Assembly (NCBI GenBank): GCA_008636045.1
Contig: SNRW01000042.1
Location: 1 to 36,539 of the forward strand
DNA from: Streblomastix strix
Lineage: Eukaryota
Length of the DNA: 36,539 bases
Reading direction: 5' to 3'
Part shown: positions 12,889-33,009 of the stretch, one piece after another
Layout of the letters: the number at the start of each line of letters is the position of its first letter
How positions within the stretch are numbered: position 1 is the stretch's first letter
Program-made: the position numbers and the translations under genes
Notes under the pieces: model-generated
What the model was told of the DNA's origin: nothing
Databases searched by the model: none
The model's input: only the letters and a program-made list of their open reading frames with translations

Positions 12889-12968
12889 CTTAATCTTCGA
12901 TTGTGGTTATAATTTATTTTAACAACTTAATTATTAGATTCTTTGATTATATAAAAAATATAAAAACA

Positions 12969-13410
12969 ATGAACCTAACCGATCAAACAATTTTTCAATG
13001 AATTAGTTAAATAGCACTTTGAAGATAACGATACAATTAAAGTTACAATTGAAACACTATAAAACAAGATAAAAAATGATGTAAAAGAATTAATTCATCC
13101 ATTAATCTAAGAATTAATAAGAATCAATAAAATGTTCACTAATCAATAGCAATAATTATAAAATATAAAGAAAATAGTTGATGAAGAAGATTATAAAAAT
13201 AAGTTGTTTAATGAATAGAATAAGAACTTCAAAAACATGTATGTTTTAAATAAAAAGTCGTTAGATCTTAATAATTAACCATAACTTATAAAGAAGTACA
13301 TTATCCCTGAAGTTAGTGAAGATGAAAAATAGATTTATAATTAATTTGTGAATGATGAATAATACAGTAACTTTGTCAATTATTAATAATTTAATTTAAA
13401 ATAATAAGAC
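12969..13410 (+). pseudogene. Polinton hypothetical coiled-coil protein
   Basis: ATG at 12969, with an early frameshift, then ELVKQHFEDNDTIKVTIETLQNKIKNDVKELIHPLIQELIRINK... The end is uncertain. Confidence 0.4.
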
Positions 13411-13419
13411 TACAGAGAT

Positions 13420-13799
13420 ATTCTATGTTTTTGATTTTATCTTTAATTTCATCTTGGATTGGTTCATTGAAAGTATAATGTTTCATGAATTATTAATACA
13501 ATTATTTTTCTTATTAACCAAAGTCATTAATCATGTTTAGCGCATCGAATATTTTGAATGTTTTATAATCAGTAGCATTATACTATAAGTCAATATTTGT
13601 AATCAACTAGTAAAGTTATTCCATTTCAAAAACATCAAACAATTTATTTGTTTGGATAATTTAACATTTTATGATATAAGATATATCTTCAATGAGTTGC
13701 TATTTCCAAATCTTTATTTGATATTGCTTCGTTCAGAAATGCTTCAATTTATTCTACAGATAGCTATGACCAATGTATATGAGGTTATTTCTTGTCCAT
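13420..13799 (-). pseudogene. Polinton hypothetical protein
   Basis: MDKKQPHIHWSQLSVEQIEAFLNEAISNKDLEIATH*... Coding-like with TAR=Q; the end is uncertain. Confidence 0.35.
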
Positions 13800-14018
13800 T
13801 TTTCTTTTGTAAAAGAATTTTATAATGCAAATCGTTAAATTTAATGTAACTAATACTATATCAGAATAACTCTATAATGTTTTTATTATATTAATTGTAT
13901 CCAATAATTTATCAGAAATTGATACAGAAATAATTGATGTAATAAAAATTTTCACTATAGAACATGTAATTCATTATCCCAACGATTACTGATAATACAT
14001 TCATTTATTTTTTTTAAA

Positions 14019-15035
14019 ATGTCACTACTTGAATAATAAAATATATCATTTACGAACTAAGATCTATTAAATGAACATAAAACTAAACCATTAACGAAGA
14101 TTTCATTGTTCCTTATTAAAGGAAATCATTATATTGTTGGAGCTGTTTGAAATGGTAAAACAACATTAATTTGTATGTATGTTGTGATATAGGAAAGTAA
14201 TCGATCTTTTCATATTGTACTTCTTATATTGTGGTGCGGATGAAACTATGACATTAAACCTAAATAGTAAGAACATTTAATTAGTGAATGTAAATTATGG
14301 AGAAGCAATGATATTTTAACCTGAATTTTGTGATATAAAATACTCAACTAAGGAGAAGTACACTTGGTACAAAATGAATAAAAAAAAATAATCTTATACT
14401 AGAGATTTAATTATGCGAATGGAAGAACAAATTTTATAAGCTAATGAGATTAAAAAGAATGAAAAACCTTATGATTATCTTAATGAAATTGCTGAACTAT
14501 TCAAATAAAAAGTAATCGAAACCATTTAAATATATAGCTAACCTACAATAATATTGAGATTCGATATTTCTGCACTAATTCAAAACGTTAGTTACTAAAA
14601 GAAATACAAAATTACTGATAAAACATAAAATGCTGACATTAAAATAATGAAAATACCTATATCATAAGAAGCTTAATTACTTAATACGTTAATGCTATTT
14701 GATGATATTGGATCTAATGCAGATATCAGAAGAATTAGTTCATAACTATCTAAAGCAATAACACATCTTGTTTGTGATTATCATAATTCAAAAATACTAT
14801 TTACTTTATAGCTTAACGTCCAATTTATTTGTTCAAGACAGCGAGGATATTAACCCATGTAATTTGCTTAGGGGTGAATTTAGGTGAATCTGATCTAAGA
14901 TAAGTGTACGATGAAAAAACCATATAAAATTTAGATTTTGATGAGTTATAATTACTGTACTATACATTAAAGAAACATGAGTCTATCATTTTAAACAAAT
15001 GGTTAGAAAAATTTTGAGATTCTCAAAAATAAATG
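14019..15035 (+). pseudogene. A32-like (FtsK/HerA) DNA packaging ATPase
   Basis: Walker A HYIVGAV*NGKTTLI (Gly replaced by TGA at 14148-14150). Walker B TLMLFDDIG (~14690-14710). Downstream FIAQRP.YLFKTARILTH motif after a frameshift. Confidence 0.85.
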
Positions 15036-15064
15036 AAATATTTGGTTAATGCTCTGCTAAACCT

Positions 15065-18000
15065 TCACTCATATGAATAATACTTAGCAGCTAATCCATA
15101 CATATAAGGACAGTTTGATTGATTCTCTAGCACTATCATTTTTGTGCGAATTCCTGCGATTCCATTTTTCATTATTGATAATTGGCTTATCTAATGATTC
15201 TTCTATCCTAAACGCATATTAGTGCATTTCGTTATCTTACCTTCATTAAAGCAATCGATTATCTGGTCTTTAGTGATTTTGTTAGTCTTCTAAATAACTG
15301 CTTTTAATTTTATTTTTGAATCATAACAATAATTCTTAAATATGATATAATTTTTAAGAGCTATTGCAATCATTGTTGGACCTTGTCGTTCGATTGCTAA
15401 TACAAAGATTTTCTTCTCATCATAAACATCTCCTCTAATCGTGGGGAAGAAATATTTAGCATTCTCATTAAAAAAATCTCTGTTTTTAACTATAGCATCA
15501 AATTACTAAGTACAATCTTCATTAGGATTTCCACTAATTGGCCAATAAGCTGAATCAGTACCTCCTTCAATAAAATGTATTTTATCCATGTCTAAGTTTT
15601 TATACATGATGTTCTATATGAAATTTAGATGCCAATATTTAGCATTATCTAATACGAAGAATGCAACTTATAAAGAAGTTTTACAACTGCAATGATCAAG
15701 ATTCATTTATACAAAATATCTATATTCAAATATTTTTTGTTCATCCATAAATGCTTTAGATCTAATTGCTCTTTCTGTTTACTTCTAATTTATTATTTTA
15801 ACTTTTTGATATTTCTCTGTATTCATTCCATCACTACCATAGGAACTATTCATAACTATCTTAAAGAATTATTCCTATCCCTTATTCCCATATAATTTTG
15901 CTTCAATTCTGTTTTTAGTAAATTCCTTAATAAACGAATTGAATTATTCATGTTTATTGAACATTATCATCTGCTTTTCATCATCTATAATAAAATGGCA
16001 ATCTTCAATTAAGAACCATAAATAGTCTGAACTAAATGTCATGAATTCTCCCATAATTGATGATGATAGATTAGTTAACTTTCTTTATTTTTATTCAATC
16101 ATAATCTTATTGTCTTTCATGTGATAGAACTTATAAGATCCGATAGTTTATTCATCAGTTGTGAATACATAATTCCTTAGAAAAGGTGGAAATTGATGAA
16201 ATCGTTAACAGCAACGATGCTGGCACCATAAGTGCTAATGTAATTCTCATCAATATGACCTTTAACTTCAGCAATGAGCAATTAGCAATCTTCTGTAAAA
16301 AAAAATTATTAATTATTCTAAATATTGTTTATTTTGAATGTTCAGTATTAGCAGAGCTCAAACCTTCGGTTTCTCCCTCAATCTTTCCTGTTTATGATCC
16401 ACACATATACATTTAACCTCCAATGTATTTTATAAATTAATGTGGCTCTGATGACATTACACTACGATATAAAGAATTAAAATCAACACCAACTATATGA
16501 GTAATTCTATGATCATTTGTTAAAACTGTTACTTTTTTTCTTCTTTACTATAATATAATCGTTTATTAAAATCAATTCTTGATACATTATCTCTATGCAT
16601 TGTATTTGATAATCCACCTGTGATCCATTTTTTGATTAAATGATACTCATCAATATCTGTTAGATTATTTGGTAAACGTCTTAATATAAAATATTTAAGT
16701 AAATAAGTGAACAATTTACTTATGTTTTTATCTTTGTTTGAACTAAAGCAATTGCAATATTTACATCAAAACTAAACATTATCTTTTGAATGACCTTTAG
16801 AATTATTGATTTTATCTAATGACGGTTTATTAGAAAAAGTGAATTTACATCCACAAATTCTGCAATTAGAATCTTTGAATAATTGTTTGAAATAATTGGA
16901 ATCACTGTCTTGAACATTATTTGTTGTGTCTCTTTTTTTATGTTTATCTTACGATTGATATCCTTTCACTTTATTCTACCAATAGTTCTCAGTTAAATAA
17001 AATTTCTAGTATTAATCTTCAAAATTAGGATATATTCCATTTATATCAAAATCCTCATATGCTTTAGCATATTTAATAGCATTAGAGCATGCTGCCATAC
17101 TCATGAAACTAAACATATCAATCTTATATTTAAATTATAGGCTAGTTAATGTCATTAACGGTTTAATCATTATAAAAATTTATAATTCATTAAAGTATTG
17201 AAAATAATCCCATCTATTTTAAACAGTTTTTCATCATCTAGATAAATCTAATAATCCTTCTAACTAATTTTAATATTCTTCAATGATGAATAGAAATCCT
17301 CCATCGTAAATGGTTTTGATTTACTTAGTACTTTATTAACGTTATCAGTGTTGAAAGATTAATAAGAAAACAGACCTTTATTTGTCATCAAATTCATCTC
17401 TAAAATCTTTAGCTGCTTATTTTAATTCCATTGGTTAAAGATACGTTAGCGTATCAACAAATTTCATCTTTAAATTTGATTTCTTATAATGTACAATTAT
17501 TTGCTTAGCTGTTAAAGGTCCACCAGTATAATTACTGATTGTCCAATCTATTCATTACATATATTATATAATTAATGACATATCAAACCTTGAGCTATTG
17601 AATCCTCTTATTGGTACTTCTATTGAATAAGTAATTGTTTCATCAATAGTGCAGACTTCTGTAATATATTGATTATCAGCATTAATTTATTCAGCTTCTT
17701 AAAACAATCAATGTAGTCATTAAGCTAAAAATTACCTCCATCTTACTAACTAAAGAATATCTTCTTAATTCCTTATTTGTTACGAATAGTTGATGCAACA
17801 GATAAAGATAAAAATTCATACATTTTATAGTTTGATTTACAAAACTTTTTATTAACGATTTTAGGTACTGTTTTAAGATCGTATGTGATGATGTATTGTT
17901 TACGTTTATATTCATTTTATCTTCCATTTGCTAGTACGTATTGATAAGTTTTGTTCTACATAATGTAAGGAATAAATTTCTTTTAGATTTAATCCAGTTT

Positions 18001-19740
18001 TAACTTTCTTTACAATTTTTTCATCATTATTCTCACATTTAATAATATGTTTCTCGTAGTCTTTTGAGTAATTTCTATCTTTAGGATCGAACGCTTTTGA
18101 GTTACAATGTGGACAAAATTTCAATCCCGTTAATGCTTATTTATTAGCTATTGCGAAAGCGTGAGAAATCTTATTCTCTTTTCATTCAGATTCAACAGCT
18201 AATATATCAATAATCTTAATCTATGAATGTAGGGTAGTTTTGTTTATTCTAAGATTTCATTTTAGTAGAATATCTACAGTCCTCTAAAATAATTTTTTTT
18301 GTTCATTATCGTAATAGTAAATGCCTTAATTAAATTTTAAATTGTATTATACAATATTAGCGTATTTAGTTATTTCTAATCCATCAAATACTTTCAAAAA
18401 ATCTGTCGTTTTTCTATTCTTTGAATCGAATGGTAGCTTTAACACTTAAACTAAATAATCTCTACTAATGCTAATAATTGATTCACTTTTATAACGTTTC
18501 TCATTTATGTCAGGATGTAATGCTTTAGCTATTGCTTCCAAAACATAATTGTTAATATTTCCTGTAATTTCATTGATAACATTTTTATGATCATTATAAT
18601 AAAGATCGATTAATTATTTCATACTATCTTCCACAATTTACGGTTAAAGATTATATGTTTTGATTAGCATTGAATAGATAGCTATGTATCGTTATCCTGT
18701 CCTATCTAATTTATAATTTTAAATATTAATTATCTCAACTTTAATGTATTGTTAATATTCTTCAAAATCTTCATCAAATTATATAACTTTTGGAGCATGT
18801 TCTTGTATACGAGTATCTCTTAGTAATATATATCCATAATCAACGTAAACGAAATCGTACTAATCATACCTATATTCTTCATAAATGACTCCAAAATTGA
18901 ATTGTATCTTGAAAGCTTAATGGTGATCTTCTATATAAACTTTATCAACAAACTATTCAATATCTGATAATGATTATATAACATTATTATAATGTAATTT
19001 GCTTTGTTATCCATTAGCTTCTGATTAAGGAATTACACATTCACAATCAAATCTTTATCTTGCTTTACTAATTTTAGCAATAAATCATTCCATATTATCA
19101 AGGAGAAAATATAATAAAGCACCTGCATCATTATCTATTTCATTAACATTTTATCCATTAAACTTGTTAATTTTATCAATAATCTCTATATTTTGCTTGG
19201 AAGTTATTTTGTATTGAAGATTCGCTTTATATTCTTCATCATAATTCTTTAAGCTTACTCTTGTTCTTTGATGATATAATCAGTCCAGAATTCATTAGCT
19301 TTTTATTGGTTTTACTCTCTACGATATTCCTAAAAACTTAATTCATATTAATTTGAATTTTAATGAGATAAATCTTAGTGTAATTTTCGATTCTATTCAC
19401 ATAAACCATCATAATATACATCTTTTTATTATTACTATTATTCTCTACGATACTCTTATAAATCTTAATTATATTGATTCTATTTGAAATGATTAATCAT
19501 ATCTTTACCTTTGAAGGCATCAGAGACGCTTGTTTTAATGATTTACTGATTGTATTAATGTATCTATTTTAGATGTACTTTCAAATCATTGTAGTTACTT
19601 CTTCCTCGTTTCTTAAAATTAATTTTGTCTAAATATTCATTAGGTTAATTTTTAAGTTAATTTACATTTAATGATTCTTCAATGTTTTTGTTGCTGATTT
19701 TTAGCAATTTAATTAGCTATGCTTTCTTAACGTAAGACAT
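15065..19740 (-). pseudogene. Protein-primed family B DNA polymerase (Polinton pPolB)
   Basis: ExoII-like RGFNSSRFDMSL (~17575-17610), motif A VGVDFNSLYRSVM (~16460-16495), motif B KIVMNSSYGSDGMN (~15820-15865), motif C IEGGTDSAYW (~15545-15575) and LKNY. A zinc finger CPHC...YEKHIIKC lies at ~18035-18120. Several frameshifts and stops. Confidence 0.9.
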
Positions 19741-19773
19741 TTGTTTAAAATAAAAATTATTATTTTAGACAGA

Positions 19774-20725
19774 TCATTAAAATTATATCTCGAGAAGTAA
19801 ATTATTATACATATCCATATACAGCATTGGTATCTTTCTTCTAAAATTATCATACAATGTAAAAACTAACGATTTGATCTATCCAACAAGACATTACTAA
19901 CTCATCATATTCACTCCCCATAATACTGGTGCATCAATCAAATTCTATTTGAAACATACATTAGAGAATCCATTATCTCCTGTTAATAATAACATTATTC
20001 CATGTAATTAAATACATACACAAATTATCAACATTTATGGATATTCTAGAAAAAATCCCAATATATGAACAGAATATTGGAATATCAAATTCTAAACTTT
20101 CATTATCATGTTTAATTTAATAGAACCATACTTCGAGATTAATTTTTTTAAAAGCTGATGATAAATTAACAAATTAATTGGCTCCATTCTCGTTCTATCC
20201 ATCATATAGATCTTATGCACCAAATAACTGTACGAATGGATTTGGAGATAGTAATTTACGATTTGCAAACCAATAAATTTTATTTTATTAACAATAATTA
20301 GTTGCAACTTATCGAATTAATTATCCATAATAATTAGTTCTTCTAACTGCTGTATAAATACATTCCCATTCTCTAACACAAAGTGCAGGCAATGAATTGA
20401 TAATCCTCACAGGAAATGTGTTGATATTATTGATGATTTATTGCATTGTTAATTGCTATACATTAATTGGTTAAGAATCGGAATTTATAAATGTTCCATT
20501 AGCATTTACATCAACTTACTTACCGAATAAGTATCTTATTGATAATCCATTTTCTTAAGTAAAATGTTTAGGTTCTATTGATGTTATTAAGTTATTTGAT
20601 GCAGGACAATGCAATCGGATTAATCCAATCATTCGATATAACTCATTTACTGTTGTATCTAAAATCCAATAGTGAAATAGAAATGTATTAACTCCAATGA
20701 TAATATAATTGATAGCTGAATTCAT
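19774..20725 (-). pseudogene. Putative minor capsid (penton, single jelly-roll) protein
   Basis: About 315 codons, MNSAINYIIIGVNTFLFHYW... The C-terminus VGQIKSLVFTLYDNFRRKIPML...NLLLEIQFQ* resembles the I-x-x-L-x-F-x-L-x-D-x-x-G-R-x-I end pattern of Polinton/virophage minor capsid proteins. Confidence 0.5.
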
Positions 20726-20759
20726 TAAATCTTATCCTTAATTTTAGTTTAATGAGAAT

Positions 20760-21610
20760 ATATTATTTTATAATTTTTATACGAGTTCATTCGTAGAATT
20801 ATTAAAGCATATCGCTTCATTATTCAATGTTGATTATGGTCTAAAATATTTCTCTGTTGTATCTGTAAAATTATCATATTATGCAAATGTTATAAACAAT
20901 AATTATGGGGTATATTTATATCCTTATATAGTTTAATCGCTAGTATGAGCATTATTAATGGCAGTATTTAAACTTATACGTATTGGTGGTAATCTGTCTT
21001 GTAGTTAACAATGAAATTAGTCCTCACGAATTTATTTTTAGAAATAGATTTTTCGTTATTCTGTTGATTCAATATTACGCTATATTTCTATTGAATCATT
21101 GATCAAATAATTTAATAAATTAATTAGAATGTTATTGATATTATTAACTTAAAAGCTTTAACTTCTGCAAGGGATAGTCGTTTGCCATATTACATAATCC
21201 ATATCTGAATCAGAGTTGATAATTTGTAATCCAATATTAGTCGTTTCATTGAAACAAAAATAAACTTCATGCTCTTTCATTTAAATACTATATCAATTTC
21301 ATTACTGCTGATTAGCAGTTCTCCGATGATATTTCAATAATTTCTTTTAATTATTCCATCTTATGACGTTTATTGAATTATCTTAATATAAATCTCAATT
21401 TTATCTCGGGAACACTCTTTGTCGCTCGTGATATAATTTAGCTCAAAAATGCAGCATAGGTCATAAATTCTTCACAATTTATTTTTGTTATATTTTTAAT
21501 CTAGAAAAGTAATTTCATTTCAATAAAGTAATTATTATCAAAATGCTAGAGATGATAATCAGTACGTCCCAAAAGCGTTGCTGTGATTTCTTATTTGGTA
21601 TTGTTTCCAT
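20760..21610 (-). pseudogene. Polinton hypothetical, possibly capsid-related structural protein
   Basis: EITATLLGRTDYHLQHFDNNYFIEMKLLFQIK...DRLPPIRISLNTAINN...YKYTPQLLFITFAQYDNF. Frameshifted. Confidence 0.4.
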
Positions 21611-21647
21611 TTGTTTATTACTAAAATATTAATTAACTGTAATTAAA

Positions 21648-22680
21648 ATGTCATAACGTGAAGTAAAAACAAAAAAAGATAAATCAGTAGATACAAAACG
21701 ACCTAAAGGACGACCTAAGAATAAATCAACTGTAGCTAATGTAATCGAAAATATGTTTTTAAAGAAACGTTTTACACATTTAGGACAAACTGCTAATTCT
21801 TAAAATATAGCAAAAGATCCACAAATTTTAAAGAATTTGGGAAAACTTTAGTTAGCTTAAAGTAGAATTAAATAGTCAGATTATTCAGCTTCATTAAGGT
21901 AGATAAATCAAACTGATAATAGAGTTTCAGCTCATGAAGCCGATGCTGGAATATATGGATTAAAAGGTAATGTTAGAAAAGAAAGAATATAAGGATCTTA
22001 TGACCCAATGGGATCAGTGCATGAAGCTAATTAAACAAAATAAATGGTGTAGCAGTTTTTTAGTACCATAATAGATGTAATCGTAATATGAAGCAAATTA
22101 CAATCCTTATTTAAACATCAATAATCGATTACATTGGTCATCATAGCAAGAGCCAAATAAAATTGCAGCATCAACTCCTGATCGAAATATATATGATAGT
22201 GATAACGGAAGAATGGAAAAATTTGGAGGATACAATCGTTTCAAAATATAACCTTAAGTGAATTTAAATCTTTACTCTCAAAACACAGATTAATAGACTG
22301 GTTTTGCTCCATAAATTGATGCTCTATAGTAAGATATCGAAAATGAAAAGGAATAAGATTAAGAAGAATAAGAACTTGAAGAAGATAATGCACAAACCAA
22401 TAGGGAATTATTTTATATTGGAAAATTGAATTGGGGATAAGAACCAGTGAATTCTCACTATAATAAAAGATCAATTTCCCACATTAATGATTTTAATTGT
22501 AGAGTAATTGATTAAGGATTATCTGAATATCAAAAGAAATAACCTATGACAGAAGAGGTATAAACAAATCAACCAAAAAAGTAAAAAAAATATTTATCCA
22601 ATAGAGAACTGAAGAGTACATTAAAAGTATAAGCAAATCTTAAAAATAAAGTTGGACATAAATCACACAAGAAATGAAAT
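21648..22680 (+). pseudogene. Basic AT-hook-containing protein (candidate virion core/DNA-binding)
   Basis: MSQREVKTKKDKSVDTKRPKGRPKNKST... The frame is open for more than 130 codons with TAR=Q and frameshifts later. Confidence 0.5.
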
Positions 22681-22705
22681 GATCAAAGATTGGGATCGTC
22701 AATTA

Positions 22706-22960
22706 ATTGAGAAATTTACTTAAAATTTCATCTGATATTAATGTTTTATTAAATATATCTATTATTCTTGACTACAAAATAGAGATTTATTCTTTAAATT
22801 ATTTTTACTTTAAACGTTATTTCTACTTAGCTTCACTCTATTATTTCTTAGCCATTTCTTATGCTTCTTATTCTGTAAAATATTTCTTTGGTCTACCAAT
22901 CTTTTATGTAAGTTTTATGTTTTCTGTGTCTATTTATTTATCTAGAAAAAATATCTGACT
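22706..22960 (-). CDS. Small basic GRPKK-motif protein (separate gene or integrase tail)
   Basis: DKQIDTENIKLTQKIGRPKKYFTEQEAQEMAKKQQSEASQKQRLK...SDEILSKFLN. The start is not resolved. Confidence 0.4.
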
Positions 22961-24045
22961 AATTTAAAAGTTTACTTATATTTATTCTTTAAAGTTCCAA
23001 TTTCATTTGCAACCTTATTGGTATAACAAATTGATACTTCCACAAATTTAATAATATTATACGGTTTCAATAGTTCACAAACAACATTTCCATGCTCATA
23101 TTTTAAAAATGTTACTATTTCATTAAATTTTCTACGTTATTTATCAAATCCATGAACAGTCTTTTTCTAAATCAAGATGAATAGTTATAATATTACAATT
23201 CTTTAAATCAAGTTATTTATCTTTATTTTATAATTCCTTTACATAAGTTAATTCCTTCATTTTATATTTAATGTACATTTCTTCTAAATCTTCATTCTTA
23301 TTTACTTATTTAGGACAGAATTTTTATTTAAAAGCATTATATTTTGAGTTAATATAATCATCAACAACTTATTATAATTATTTATTATTAGCCGTTAGTT
23401 AAGGAACTTTTTCAAACGCATTCCTTATCGTTCTAACTACTGAATCAACTACTCTATTTTTATTAACGAATGGCGAAGAATTATAGAAGTATTTTATGTC
23501 ATTCTCTTTTAAATAATCCTTAATCTATTTACTTCCCAACGCTGATTCACCATCAGATCTAAAGTTGCTAATAAGTTAATTAGATTTTAATTATTTGATA
23601 CACTTTAATAGTTCATTTGCTGATTTATCTTTAATTTGAAATACTACTAAGTATTTAGTGTAAAAATTAATATAAAATAGATATTATTGAATTACTTTAT
23701 TAATTATTGAATGCTTTATAAATATTATATCAATTTCCCAGCTCCATAACTTAGGTGAAAAATATGGTCTTTGATACTTCTTTAACGGTTTCAATGTAAA
23801 ATCTTATACTATATCGAGTTTATCCTTAACTTTGCTCCTAAAAGGATTCTTAATTCTCTATAGATCCTATTAAAGCATCGTTTTTGCTTTTAGTTTTACG
23901 TTTGATTTTATTCATTCAGCATGATACTTTTAAAAATTATCATGATAAATCTTATAACATTAAGAAATTATTTAATCTTCAAACTATTCCTCTAAATTAT
24001 TGAATGTTAGATTACTATTAATCTTGGTTGTTTCAATTTGTTAAT
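22960..24045 (-). pseudogene. Retroviral-type (rve) integrase of the Polinton, N-terminus truncated
   Basis: KYQRPYFSPKLWSWEIDII...YLFYINFYTKYLVV..IKDKSA...NFRSDGESALGS...NSSPFVNKNRVVDSVVRTIRNAF...YINSKYNAF. Confidence 0.85.
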
Positions 24046-24229
24046 AAAATATATAAAATAATAATAATAATATAAAACTGTTTATTCATTTCATTTAAAG
24101 ATATGAAAAAAATTTTCTAGAGTAAAAACAATATTGAAATGAAACACACACTATATTTAAGTCAAATGTGATTATGATTTGATTAAATTAATATAAAAAT
24201 TTATTAATAAACAATAACAACTAAATTTT

Positions 24230-32567
<8,338 letters not shown>

Positions 32568-33009
32568 GTTATACTTTTTTGAGTTTTATTATTGTTTATA
32601 GTTAAAATTGTATTTAAATAGCATTATTAATAAACATATTACGAGATAATAATATATGTACTCATACTATTTGCGCTCTTATCGGATTTTTATTTGTAAT
32701 TGTTTAATCTCAAGAATTTGAATTAAAAAATTCATTTTGATTAAATTTAAAATATGCTAAAAAATGTTAAATATTATATGGTTCAAAGAATAATATTATT
32801 TTTACTAAAGCACGCTAAGATATTTAGCGTTGAAGTATCAAATCCAGTTCATCAGTTGTATTCTAACATTTGCATTTAGCAACATGCTTGGTAATGCAAT
32901 CTTATAATAAATAGTAAAAATTATATAAAATACATGTTTCATTGTTAATGAAATGAATTTTTTTTCCTTTTTATTTCCTAACTATTTTTTTGTCACAGGG
33001 ATCATAAAG
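32568..33009. promoter_or_regulatory. Divergent intergenic region / putative bidirectional promoter (PAP <- -> V-ATPase D)
   Basis: 442 bp between head-to-head start codons. Inferred from gene geometry only. Confidence 0.45.

Larger units (their letters stand above)
5772..24045. mobile_element. Endogenous Polinton/Maverick-like virus (left end probably present, right end truncated, genes pseudogenised)
   Basis: A dense, intronless gene cluster with pPolB, packaging ATPase, rve integrase and capsid-like genes. It begins with AGTAGT followed by subterminal tandem repeats. Confidence 0.9.

Noticed and set aside
14148..14150. TGA read-through, selenocysteine or TGA reassignment in the viral genes
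   Set aside because: In-frame TGAs fall at positions expected to be different residues and co-occur with frameshifts, while host genes use TGA as stop. This fits mutational decay.
5772..24045. Bacterial prophage or contaminant
   Set aside because: The genes use the same TAR=Gln code as the host, include an rve integrase and a Polinton-type pPolB, and are contiguous with intron-containing genes.
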